Origin: a virus
Lineage: Duplodnaviria; Heunggongvirae; Uroviricota; Caudoviricetes
Direction: 5' to 3' (one strand)
Length of the DNA: 64,000 nt
Virus record (IMG/VR): IMGVR_UViG_3300034082_002445
Location: 10,140-74,139 of that record
Shown here in pieces: positions 1 to 6,987 of this stretch. Position numbers and translations under genes: made by a program. Under the pieces are notes generated by a model. It had not been told where the DNA came from and did no database searches. It worked only from the letters and a program-made list of their open reading frames with translations. Position 1 is the stretch's first letter, and every line of letters starts with the position of its first letter.

Positions 1-1
1 A

Positions 2-163
2 CAAAAGTTCAATCAGATGGCAAAAGCAAAAACCGGGGCTGCTTCTACAGGATTTAGAGCAACCACAAAAACAACAAGACCAGGAGTTCACTCTAAAAAG
101 AAAAATTCTTCACACAAAAGAAGTAAGAATTATCGTAAGAAGAACAGAGGTCAAGGAAAATAA
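2..163 (+). CDS. 3' end of a partial CDS, or a small 48-aa very basic K/R-rich protein if it starts at ATG 17
   Basis: Open frame from window edge to TAA 161-163; product ...MAKAKTGAASTGFRATTKTTRPGVHSKKKNSSHKRSKNYRKKNRGQGK. Confidence 0.3.
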   Translation, partial: QKFNQMAKAKTGAASTGFRATTKTTRPGVHSKKKNSSHKRSKNYRKKNRGQGK

Positions 164-185
164 TTTAGAAAAAGTTTAAAAAACG

Positions 186-215
186 TTGAAACAAACGATT
201 CGACAGATATATAAT
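186..215 (+). promoter_or_regulatory. sigma70-like promoter, TTGAAA-N18-TATAAT
   Basis: ttgaaa at 186-191 and tataat at 210-215 upstream of the tRNA array. Confidence 0.35.
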
Positions 216-360
216 CCTCAAACAACAATAAAACACAAGATGAAACGCATAGATTTACATAAGAATTATCTACAAGTGATTAGCTGGGCATTTATACCGG
301 GAACTAGTCATGGGCGTGCTTTATCTGTGAGTTGATAAGAAATTATTTAAACTTAAAGTT

Positions 361-393
361 AAAACCCAAGCCCTCAAAAAGCTTGGGTTTTTT
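361..393 (+). terminator. rho-independent terminator
   Basis: cccaagc...gcttggg stem followed by T6. Confidence 0.6.
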
Positions 394-406
394 ATTGGCC
401 CTAAAT

Positions 407-482
407 GGTGCGGTAGCTCAGATGGTAGAGCACAGGACTGAAAATCCTGGTGTCGGCGGTTCGATCCCGCCCCGCACCACCA
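407..482 (+). tRNA. tRNA-Phe(GAA), CCA encoded
   Basis: Acceptor ggtgcgg/ccgcacc, anticodon loop cTGAAaa, T-arm ggttcgatcc. Confidence 0.85.
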
Positions 483-514
483 GAATAAATGTTCTTTGAC
501 ATATTGGTAAATTT

Positions 515-584
515 GTATAAGTTGATCTTGGAGGTCAGTAGGTCTGCAAAATCTACGGAGTTGGTTCGATTCCAACCTTATACT
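515..584 (+). tRNA. tRNA-Cys(GCA)
   Basis: Acceptor gtataag/cttatac, anticodon loop ctGCAaa, T-arm ttggttcgattccaa. Confidence 0.75.
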
Positions 585-685
585 CAATGTCCTGTACCCT
601 TGAGAAACTCGTATCAAGTTAGTATGATTGACTGTGGATAAGCAGGACAGCACGAAATAAAGGGGTAAGAGAATAAGTGCACTAT

Positions 686-761
686 CGGGATGTGGACTAA
701 TTGGCTAAGTCGCCACTTTTGGGAAGTGGACATCATCCAGGTTCGAGTCCTGGTATCCCGA
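686..761 (+). tRNA. tRNA-Pro(TGG)
   Basis: Acceptor cgggatg/tatcccg, anticodon stem ccact/agtgg, loop ttTGGga, T-arm ccaggttcgagtcctgg. Confidence 0.8.
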
Positions 762-876
762 CAAAAATGTTCGTAACTTCTGAAAAATAGTTGCAAATAA
801 ATTTTTTATTGTCAAGTATTTCGTTTATATTTACTGTATAATTAAAAACAAAAGATCTTTGACATATTGGTAAAAT

Positions 877-970
877 AATCATAAGCCCATTGGTTGGGAG
901 CACCCCTCAAGGTTGAATCTTTGGATTCTTTATTGTAAAGCTGGAATTGGTTCGAATCCAATTATGATTA
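877..970 (+). ncRNA. tRNA-like element, 94 nt: perfect 7-bp acceptor stem, canonical T-arm and two short hairpins, but no canonical anticodon arm found
   Basis: aatcata/tatgatt acceptor, attgg-ttcgaat-ccaat T-arm; internal hairpins gaatc-tttg-gattc and cttta-ttg-taaag; exhaustive 5/7/5 search found no anticodon arm. Confidence 0.4.
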
Positions 971-975
971 CAAAC

Positions 976-1072
976 AGTCAGTCTTCAGAATGGTATCTGT
1001 ATGACTACATGATAAACCACAAGGCTCAGAAAGTCAATCTTGTGGCTGTAGGTTCGAATCCTACACTGACTA
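976..1072 (+). ncRNA. tRNA-like element, 97 nt: perfect acceptor stem and T-arm, 7-bp internal hairpin, no canonical anticodon arm
   Basis: agtcagt/actgact acceptor, gtagg-ttcgaat-cctac T-arm, ccacaag...cttgtgg hairpin. Confidence 0.4.
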
Positions 1073-1202
1073 CAAAGTCCAGGAGTAATTAACTTGGTAC
1101 CTGAGGTGTTCGAAAACCTCGATTGATTATGGTGTAAAGGTGCACAGCAGAACGTAATAGGGACGCAAGATTAAGGTTCAATTCCTTTTTAGTCAGCAAT
1201 TT

Positions 1203-1288
1203 GGATCGGTTGAGCAATTGGTTGGCTCAGCGGACTGTAAATCCGCCCTCTTACGAGCATGTAGGTTCGAGTCCTACCCGGTCCACCA
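1203..1288 (+). tRNA. tRNA-Tyr(GTA), type II, CCA encoded
   Basis: Acceptor ggatcgg/ccggtcc, anticodon gcgga-ctGTAaa-tccgc, long variable arm, T-arm gtaggttcgagtcctac. Confidence 0.85.
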
Positions 1289-1421
1289 AGAAAGTTGATT
1301 GGGGAATAGTATACTGTAACCTGATGATGGAGGTGGTATATAAGAGTTTGGAATCATCTTAGTAATGCCAATCGTAAAAACAGATGTCCACTGAACCATC
1401 TTCTGTTTTCTTTCTTTTTAC

Positions 1422-1492
1422 ACGTTTGTGGTGCAATGGTAGCATACCGGTCTCCAAAACCGTTGATGGGGGTTCGAATCCCTCCAAGCGTG
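1422..1492 (+). tRNA. tRNA-Trp(CCA)
   Basis: Acceptor acgtttg/caagcgt, anticodon loop ctCCAaa, T-arm gggggttcgaatccctc. Confidence 0.7.
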
Positions 1493-1497
1493 CAAAT

Positions 1498-1574
1498 GGT
1501 CCTTTAGCTCAGTTGGTTAGAGCGCCGCACTCATAATGCGAGGGTCACAGGTTCAAATCCTGTAGGGACCACCA
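1498..1574 (+). tRNA. tRNA-Met(CAT), elongator type, CCA encoded
   Basis: Acceptor ggtcctt/agggacc, loop ctCATaa, T-arm acaggttcaaatcctgt. Confidence 0.8.
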
Positions 1575-1578
1575 ACAT

Positions 1579-1650
1579 AGTTTATTAGTTCAATGGATAG
1601 AACACTTGACTACGGATCAAGAGATAAGGGTTCGAATCCTTTATAAACTA
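1579..1650 (+). tRNA. tRNA-Arg(ACG)
   Basis: Acceptor agtttat/ataaact, anticodon cttga-ctACGga-tcaag, T-arm aagggttcgaatccttt. Confidence 0.8.
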
Positions 1651-1656
1651 CTAAAT

Positions 1657-1730
1657 TGCGATATGGTAGAGTTGGTTTCTTACGATGCTCTCATAAGGCA
1701 TAGACACTGGTTCGAGTCCAGTTGTCGCAA
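1657..1730 (+). tRNA. second tRNA with CAT anticodon (Met, or Ile2 via lysidine)
   Basis: Acceptor tgcgata/tgtcgca, anticodon atgct-ctCATaa-ggcat, T-arm actggttcgagtccagt. Confidence 0.75.
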
Positions 1731-1739
1731 CAAAAATTT

Positions 1740-1813
1740 GATCTCGTAGCTCAGTTGGCTAGAGCACCTCACTTTTAATGAGGGAGTCAAGGGTTCGAGT
1801 CCCTTCGGGATCA
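1740..1813 (+). tRNA. tRNA-Lys(TTT)
   Basis: Acceptor gatctcg/cgggatc, anticodon cctca-ctTTTaa-tgagg, T-arm aagggttcgagtccctt. Confidence 0.85.
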
Positions 1814-1907
1814 CAAACTTCATTTATAATACTACGATCTCTCAGTTAAAAGCTGTCGTAGAGTAAAGTTATAGTCCGACATGGCTATTGGTTATAATGA
1901 AGTATTT

Positions 1908-1982
1908 GCTCTCTTAGCTCAGTTGGTTTAGAGCGCTGCCCTTACAAGGCAGATGTCGTAGGTTCGAATCCTACAGAGAGCA
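1908..1982 (+). tRNA. tRNA-Val(TAC)
   Basis: Acceptor gctctct/agagagc, anticodon ctgcc-ctTACaa-ggcag, T-arm gtaggttcgaatcctac. Confidence 0.85.
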
Positions 1983-2076
1983 CTCGCCGCACAAAGTGTG
2001 GAGGAACTGGCCAGAGATTTATTCTTGCAAACTCGATGCCGAAAGTCGAGCTGCCCATCTACGGGATGGGCTTTAT

Positions 2077-2150
2077 GGTGGATGTAGCTCAATCGGGAGA
2101 GCGTTGGTTTGTGGAACCAAAGGTAGTGGGATCGAAACCCATCATTCACC
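2077..2150 (+). tRNA. tRNA-His(GTG) with encoded G-1
   Basis: g + gtggatg/cattcac acceptor, anticodon ttggt-ttGTGga-accaa, T-arm gtgggatcgaaacccat, discriminator C. Confidence 0.8.
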
Positions 2151-2155
2151 CAAAT

Positions 2156-2242
2156 GGAAGATTGTCAGAGTGGTCTATCGTATCTCTTTGCTAAAGAGAT
2201 GGTCGCGAAAGCGGCCCAGAGGTTCGAATCCTTTATCTTCCG
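2156..2242 (+). tRNA. tRNA-Ser(GCT), type II
   Basis: Acceptor ggaagat/atcttcc, anticodon tctct-ttGCTaa-agaga, variable arm tggtcgcgaaagcggccc, T-arm agaggttcgaatccttt. Confidence 0.85.
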
Positions 2243-2338
2243 CTTAATTTTGATAAATAATAAATGAAGTTTTGAAACATACAAGCTTTGGTCTGTATAA
2301 CTAACATAACGTTCTTAAAATTATAAACGAATTAAAAT

Positions 2339-2424
2339 GCACTCGTGGTGAAATAGGTAGACACGAGGGACTTAAAATCCCTTGGCCAGTGATGGTCGTG
2401 CCGGTTCGATTCCGGCCGAGTGTA
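2339..2424 (+). tRNA. tRNA-Leu(TAA), type II
   Basis: Acceptor gcactcg/cgagtgt, anticodon aggga-ctTAAaa-tccct, long variable arm, T-arm gccggttcgattccggc. Confidence 0.8.
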
Positions 2425-2432
2425 CAAAAAGT

Positions 2433-3305
2433 ATGGCAAAAGCATTAGTTACAGGTGGAGCAGGTTTTATTGGATCTAATTTGGTCGACTTCTTATTAAA
2501 GGAAGGACACGAAGTTGAGGTTTGGGATGACTTATCCACTGGTAAACTTGAAAGACTTTCTAAAGAAGTAGAATTCAAAAGATTAGACTTAACTAGAGAT
2601 GTTCTACCAGATATTGAAGTTGATTGGGTATTTCACTTAGCAGCACCAGTATCTGTTCAAGAATCTTTGGAAAATCCATCTAAATATATGTATGGTTGTT
2701 TTGGTACAACTTATAGAATGTTAGATTGGTCTAGAAGAAATAGTGCTAAGAGCTTTACGTTAGCATCGACCGCTGCTGTGTATGGAGAAACAGAACAAAT
2801 ACCTGTTAAAGAAACAGATGAATTGAATCCTATTTCTCCATACGCTGAATGGAAATTAAAAGCTGAAGATTGTTTAAGCATGTACAAATCATATTTTACA
2901 TGTACAGCACTCAGATTCTTTAATGTCTATGGCAACGGTCAAAGTAGCACTGGAAGTTATGCTCCAGCTGTTGCAAGATTTTTAGATCAATATAGATCTG
3001 AACAACCAATAACAGTGACAGGTTCTGGCTTACAAACCAGAGATTATGTCAATGTTAATGATATATGTTCAGCACTATATGAATCTGGAAAAAGAATTGG
3101 ACCATTCTTAATAATGAATGTTGGATCAGGCAAAGAAATAGCTATCTTAGACATAGCAAAAGCCTTTGAAACAAATATAACATTCATTGATAAAAGAAAA
3201 GAACCAATGAGATCTGGAGCTGATATTACTTTAATTAAAAGTAAATTAGCATGGAGACCAAAGGAAAATATCTTTGAATGGATCAAACATAATTTAGATC
3301 TTTGA
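2433..3305 (+). CDS. NAD-dependent sugar epimerase/dehydratase (extended SDR; UDP-glucose 4-epimerase-like)
   Basis: Product MAKALVTGGAGFIGSNLV... with Rossmann GxxGxxG and catalytic YAEWK (YxxxK); the ORF-track start at 2382 lies inside tRNA-Leu, so the start is moved to ATG 2433. Confidence 0.8.
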   Translation: MAKALVTGGAGFIGSNLVDFLLKEGHEVEVWDDLSTGKLERLSKEVEFKRLDLTRDVLPDIEVDWVFHLAAPVSVQESLENPSKYMYGCFGTTYRMLDWSRRNSAKSFTLASTAAVYGETEQIPVKETDELNPISPYAEWKLKAEDCLSMYKSYFTCTALRFFNVYGNGQSSTGSYAPAVARFLDQYRSEQPITVTGSGLQTRDYVNVNDICSALYESGKRIGPFLIMNVGSGKEIAILDIAKAFETNITFIDKRKEPMRSGADITLIKSKLAWRPKENIFEWIKHNLDL

Positions 3306-3319
3306 CATATTGGTAAAAT
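3297..3319 (+). promoter_or_regulatory. Conserved motif gatcTTTGACATATTGGTAAAAT (copy 3 of 4); its TTGA overlaps the epimerase stop codon
   Basis: Near-identical copies at 491-511, 854-876, 3297-3319 and 3714-3727, all inside the tRNA array. Confidence 0.4.
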
Positions 3320-3390
3320 AAAGAAATTAGGATGCATACAGCAAATTTAAAAACTTTTATTGGAAAAAGCAAAACTGCATCCTGTTAAAT

Positions 3391-3464
3391 AGACACTTAG
3401 CTCAATTGGTTAGAGCATTCGCCTGATACGCGAAAGGTTACAAGTTCGATTCTTGTAGTGTCTA
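3391..3464 (+). tRNA. tRNA-Ile(GAT)
   Basis: Acceptor agacact/agtgtct, anticodon ttcgc-ctGATac-gcgaa, T-arm acaagttcgattcttgt. Confidence 0.85.
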
Positions 3465-3629
3465 CGCAGAAATCCAACACAACGACGACTTGCAAACAAA
3501 GTATTCTAGTGATAGAAGCAGTCATCCAAGTATGATTTGGAACGTGCACTGGTAGGCAACCAACCTATATTATGATACGAGCTAATACTTGTGGATTAAA
3601 GGTGACGATCAGGAAAGACTGATAATTTT

Positions 3630-3701
3630 GGTCTCATAGTTAATCGGCTATAATATTGCCCTGTCACGGCAAAGTGCCGGGTTCGATTCCCGGTGGGACC
3701 G
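3630..3701 (+). tRNA. tRNA-Asp(GTC)
   Basis: Acceptor ggtctca/tgggacc, anticodon ttgcc-ctGTCac-ggcaa, T-arm ccgggttcgattcccgg. Confidence 0.85.
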
Positions 3702-3749
3702 CAAACGATTGTTGTTCTTTGACATACTAAAAAATAAAAATTAAAAAAT

Positions 3750-4100
3750 ATGGATACAATATCATTTATTTTAGGAATGTCCTCGGTGGTGGTTATCGCA
3801 ATTGCGGTGGTTGCTGTCACAGGATTTTTTAAGGTCAGAAATGTTGAGAAACAATTCAATAACTACGAACAAAACTTTATGGTTGAGTTTGATAGTAGAA
3901 CAAAAGAAATTCACGATAATATAAATTATGTAAATAATGATTTAAATCGTAGAATTGATGAAGAAGGCAATGAATTAAATCGTAGAATTGATAACACAGA
4001 AAGAGAAATCTTTTCCCAATTAGATTCTCGATTAGATAAATTGGAAACTAAATTGACAGACACAATTAAAAACGGTTGTGATCCTGTTAAAAATAATTAA
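3750..4100 (+). CDS. Hypothetical protein with N-terminal transmembrane helix and coiled-coil repeats (NDLNRRIDEEGNELNRRID)
   Basis: ORF track; hydrophobic N-terminus followed by repeated heptads. Confidence 0.5.
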   Translation: MDTISFILGMSSVVVIAIAVVAVTGFFKVRNVEKQFNNYEQNFMVEFDSRTKEIHDNINYVNNDLNRRIDEEGNELNRRIDNTEREIFSQLDSRLDKLETKLTDTIKNGCDPVKNN

Positions 4101-4148
4101 CGAGTCATAAGACATAATAAATAAATCGTTAAAGACAATAATCGTTAT

Positions 4149-4222
4149 TACCCTTTCGTCTAATGGCAGGACAGCTGGTTTTGGTCCAGCTAATCGAGGT
4201 TCGAGTCCTTGAGGGGTAACCA
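4149..4222 (+). tRNA. tRNA-Gln(TTG), CCA encoded
   Basis: Acceptor taccctt/aggggta, anticodon gctgg-ttTTGgt-ccagc, T-arm cgaggttcgagtccttg. Confidence 0.75.
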
Positions 4223-4227
4223 AACAT

Positions 4228-4303
4228 AGCGGGTTGGTAGAAGTGGTATCTCGCGAGCCTCATAAGCTCGAGGTCGGGGGTTCGAATCCCTCACCCGCAA
4301 CCA
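4228..4303 (+). tRNA. third CAT tRNA, probably initiator tRNA-fMet (1:72 A-A mismatch), CCA encoded
   Basis: Acceptor agcgggt/acccgca with unpaired 1:72, anticodon cgagc-ctCATaa-gctcg, T-arm gggggttcgaatccctc. Confidence 0.65.
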
Positions 4304-4305
4304 AA

Positions 4306-4382
4306 TGAAGTGTAGCTCAGTGACATTAATGAGAGCAAGTCGTAAAAGACCGTGACGGTAGGTTGAATTCCTCCCACTTCAT
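4306..4382 (+). pseudogene. Degenerate tRNA-like sequence (acceptor and T-arm present, expanded D-loop, no pairable anticodon stem)
   Basis: tgaagtg/cacttca acceptor and gtagg-ttgaatt-cctcc T-arm with a mismatch; exhaustive search found no 5/7/5 anticodon arm. Confidence 0.35.
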
Positions 4383-4386
4383 ATTT

Positions 4387-4458
4387 GGTCCCATCGTCTA
4401 TCGGTTAGGACATCAGGTTTTCATCCTGAAAAGTCGGGTTCGACTCCCGGTGGGACTA
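4387..4458 (+). tRNA. tRNA-Glu(TTC)
   Basis: Acceptor ggtccca/tgggact, anticodon tcagg-ttTTCat-cctga, T-arm tcgggttcgactcccgg. Confidence 0.8.
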
Positions 4459-4605
4459 CTAAGAATAACTGTCACTCCATTCAATGTGATGTCGACAATC
4501 ACGAATGGATCAAAGTGTTCATCACCCTCAGCCTAGGCCTAGAGAAAACTCTAATGAAGCTGTTAAGATTGGAGCGAGACGGGTACTCCAAAGTTATTCT
4601 TAAAT
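4459..4605 (+). ncRNA. Structured about 147-nt spacer inside the tRNA array, closed by a long-range 9-bp stem (agaataact / agttattct)
   Basis: Internal hairpins ccattc..gtgat-gtcgaca-atcac..gaatgg and ggag-cgagacgggta-ctcc; no ORF; function unknown. Confidence 0.3.
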
Positions 4606-4679
4606 GGGGAATTAGCTCAGCTGGCTAGAGCGCCTGCCTTGCACGCAGGAGGTCATCGGTTCGACTCCGATATTCTCCA
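4606..4679 (+). tRNA. tRNA-Ala(TGC) with the G3:U70 identity pair
   Basis: Acceptor ggggaat/attctcc (G3-U70), anticodon cctgc-ctTGCac-gcagg, T-arm atcggttcgactccgat. Confidence 0.85.
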
Positions 4680-4887
4680 CTATTGATGATGAAATAGTAA
4701 TTAAACGAGTATCCAGAGGGAACACTGCCAGAATCCCACAACAGATAGGACGGAGAAAAGTTAATGAAAGACAATGGCGCATCGGGAACTCACACAGGCC
4801 GCAATCTGTAATCGAGTATGAAGAGTACATACCAATAGCTCTCTTTATCCCGCAATGGTAAGAAAAATGGTCGACTCATCAATAAAT

Positions 4888-4959
4888 TCCTCGGTAGCTC
4901 AGCGGTAGAGCACGCGACTGTTAATCGTGTGGTCGTAGGTTCAAATCCTACCCGGGGAG
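4888..4959 (+). tRNA. tRNA-Asn(GTT)
   Basis: Acceptor tcctcgg/ccgggga, anticodon cgcga-ctGTTaa-tcgtg, T-arm gtaggttcaaatcctac. Confidence 0.8.
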
Positions 4960-5069
4960 CAACTTAAAACCGATTCGGGTTCGACGTAAAATGGATCCTG
5001 CGCCTTGAAATATAGACAAAACGTCATTAAATATCCATCATTGAAGGTGTCATCGGTGACCTTCTAATT

Positions 5070-5145
5070 GCGAATATCGTATAATGGCTTATTACTCCAG
5101 CCTTCCAAGTTGGAGATCTCAGTTCGATTCTGAGTATTCGCTCCA
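5070..5145 (+). tRNA. tRNA-Gly(TCC), CCA encoded
   Basis: Acceptor gcgaata/tattcgc, anticodon ccagc-ctTCCaa-gttgg, T-arm ctcagttcgattctgag. Confidence 0.85.
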
Positions 5146-5169
5146 AATTTTACCAATATGTAAATAAAT

Positions 5170-5251
5170 GCCTGAGTGGTGGAATTGGTAGTCACGCCAG
5201 ATTTAGGATCTGGTGCCGAAAGGCGTGTCGGTTCGAGTCCGACCTTGGGTA
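5170..5251 (+). tRNA. tRNA-Leu(TAG), type II
   Basis: Acceptor gcctgag/cttgggt (G-U rich), anticodon ccaga-ttTAGga-tctgg, variable arm tgccgaaaggcgt, T-arm gtcggttcgagtccgac. Confidence 0.75.
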
Positions 5252-5277
5252 CAAAAATAATAGATATATAAGCCAAT

Positions 5278-5976
5278 ATGTCAAAGTTAAAATCATTTTC
5301 TGAATTCGCTGGATTTAAAGAAGTCGATGCTCTTGGTTACGGCAACGAAGCTAAGAAACATCGCTTAACATATTCCAAAGAAAAACCAGTTATCATTAAG
5401 ATGACCAAAGAAAATGGTGTCTATGAACAACTCTTACACTTTCAAAATCCAAGAAATTCAAGTCAAGAAACTCTTTCTGAAATAGAAGAAAATATATCTT
5501 TGCAAAAAGAATTAAGCGATTCAGAAATTGAGTTTATTAAAAGAGCTGAAACTGACATGTTACTTTTAATCAATGAAAGATTAATTGAACTAGGTGGAAC
5601 TGATGAGATGCTTCTTCTACAAGCAGTAACTGCATTTACAGATCCTTTGCTTTATAAGTTAAAACATTTTTATAATAGACCAAGACCTGCTCAATTAGCA
5701 AGAGCATTAGATTTAGAATTGTATCCTGTAATTCCTACTAATGCCTCAAGTGCAGCTTATCCAAGTGGACATGCTCTTGATTCATATACATGTGGTTGGA
5801 TCATTGGTCAAAAATATCCTGAATTAGCTGATCAAATTTCAACTTTTTGTGAAGAAGTAGCTTTTACCAGAATTCAGGCTGGTGTACACTACAGATCTGA
5901 TGCTGATTTTTCTAAAATCATCTTTGATAAATTAGTAGAATCACAGACAATAACCTTGGATTATTTTTTATTGTAA
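5278..5976 (+). CDS. PAP2-superfamily phosphatase (acid phosphatase / haloperoxidase fold)
   Basis: All three PAP2 motifs: KHFYNRPRP (KX6RP), PSGHA, TRIQAGVHYRSD (SRX5HX3D). Confidence 0.75.
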   Translation: MSKLKSFSEFAGFKEVDALGYGNEAKKHRLTYSKEKPVIIKMTKENGVYEQLLHFQNPRNSSQETLSEIEENISLQKELSDSEIEFIKRAETDMLLLINERLIELGGTDEMLLLQAVTAFTDPLLYKLKHFYNRPRPAQLARALDLELYPVIPTNASSAAYPSGHALDSYTCGWIIGQKYPELADQISTFCEEVAFTRIQAGVHYRSDADFSKIIFDKLVESQTITLDYFLL

Positions 5977-6924
5977 GCCAAAAGCCCAATTCGCTTCATT
6001 ATAAGAAGTCCAATAGCCATTAGCGTTTAATTCAGTTTTGGCAGTTGCTGCGTTAGCTGGACTAACTGTTACTAGAGTTTGTGCTAATTGTAAAAAAGCT
6101 GTATCATTCTTTGCACATCTTAAAAACTTGATATTGGCATTCTTGTTACCAAGAAAGTTAAAGCCATTTGGAACACTGTATTTTGAATTACTTTCAATAG
6201 TCATAACACCGTTTTGAGCTGGAGATAAACCAGGATATATCGCAGCGCCACCTGCGTCTATGCCAAATAAGTTTAAACCACCTGCACCTGCTGGAGATGC
6301 AGTTGGTGAATTATTCCAATTGCCACCATTTACTCTAATCCAACATGCATCATCTGTGGGTGATATTGCCATATCAATAATATCTCCATTTACCCAAGTT
6401 GGAGTACCTGACGACATGCCTAGGCCCGCGAATTGAATTGCGTTGGCATGCCAAAAGTTTCCATTACTAGAAAATCCAATACTAGCTGTATTATTTCCTA
6501 GAGGACTATTAGTCTTTGTTCCATCATTACCAATACCAATATAAGACAATCCAGTTCCGGAAGTACATTTGACACTAAACATTATTGATGATCCATCAAG
6601 TGGGCTTAATGTAAGCACTGATTGAATTACTGTGGTTCCTTGAGTAGCTGTTGTATTAGAATTACTTAATGTAATATTACTACCCATTACATTTGGATCT
6701 AAATAAAGATTATCGACTGGAAATTGAGTAGGTTGATTATTATTGGTATTATATACAGCAATGATATATCCTGGAACTTCATCTGGACCAGCATACCAAT
6801 CTAATCCACCTAAGCCATCGTAATTTTGATTATCCACACCGATAACGATATTTCCCACTACAGATGTTCCAATAGGAGGACTTCCAGGATTTTGTGTGAT
6901 TGCAAAGGGTCTAAATTGTGCCAT
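5968..6924 (-). CDS. Structural protein, probable tail-fibre / receptor-binding protein; the only complete minus-strand gene
   Basis: G/N/S/T-rich 318-aa product; N-terminus (AITQNPGSPPIGTSVVGN) resembles the N-terminus of the 32526-33506 ConA-like (LamG-like) protein. Confidence 0.5.
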   Translation of the reverse strand: MAQFRPFAITQNPGSPPIGTSVVGNIVIGVDNQNYDGLGGLDWYAGPDEVPGYIIAVYNTNNNQPTQFPVDNLYLDPNVMGSNITLSNSNTTATQGTTVIQSVLTLSPLDGSSIMFSVKCTSGTGLSYIGIGNDGTKTNSPLGNNTASIGFSSNGNFWHANAIQFAGLGMSSGTPTWVNGDIIDMAISPTDDACWIRVNGGNWNNSPTASPAGAGGLNLFGIDAGGAAIYPGLSPAQNGVMTIESNSKYSVPNGFNFLGNKNANIKFLRCAKNDTAFLQLAQTLVTVSPANAATAKTELNANGYWTSYNEANWAFGLQ

Positions 6925-6987
6925 TTAATATGATTATTTTCTTCTATATATTCAAAAAGATATATAGAAAAACAAAGTACATCTACC

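Noticed and set aside
1073-1421. Additional tRNA genes between tRNA-like 976-1072, tRNA-Tyr and tRNA-Trp
   Set aside because: T-arm-like segments are present (gaggtgttcgaaaacctc, taaggttcaattccttt), but I could not pair a 7-bp acceptor stem or an anticodon arm. They are probably degenerate remnants. A tRNA finder should be run to confirm.
2382-2432. ORF-track start (MASDGRAG...) for the epimerase
   Set aside because: These codons lie inside tRNA-Leu(TAA). The Rossmann motif begins right after ATG 2433 (MAKALVTGGAGFIGS).
3044-3337. Minus-strand 97-aa ORF (and similar ones at 13072-13281, 14915-15151, 15209-15445, 21153-21401, 30101-30349, 31031-31285, 37063-37347, 45190-45471)
   Set aside because: These are antisense within confidently assigned + strand genes with recognisable motifs. 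The translations are low-complexity and AT-skewed.
321-5276. Nine minus-strand (and one plus-strand) ORFs of 60-110 aa in the ORF track overlapping the tRNA array (321-653, 614-796, 1928-2149, 1996-2247, 2372-2578, 3596-3859, 4032-4223, 4612-4830, 5064-5276)
   Set aside because: Each is antisense to, or nested in, well-formed tRNA genes. They have no start context and odd composition, so I treat them as frame artefacts.
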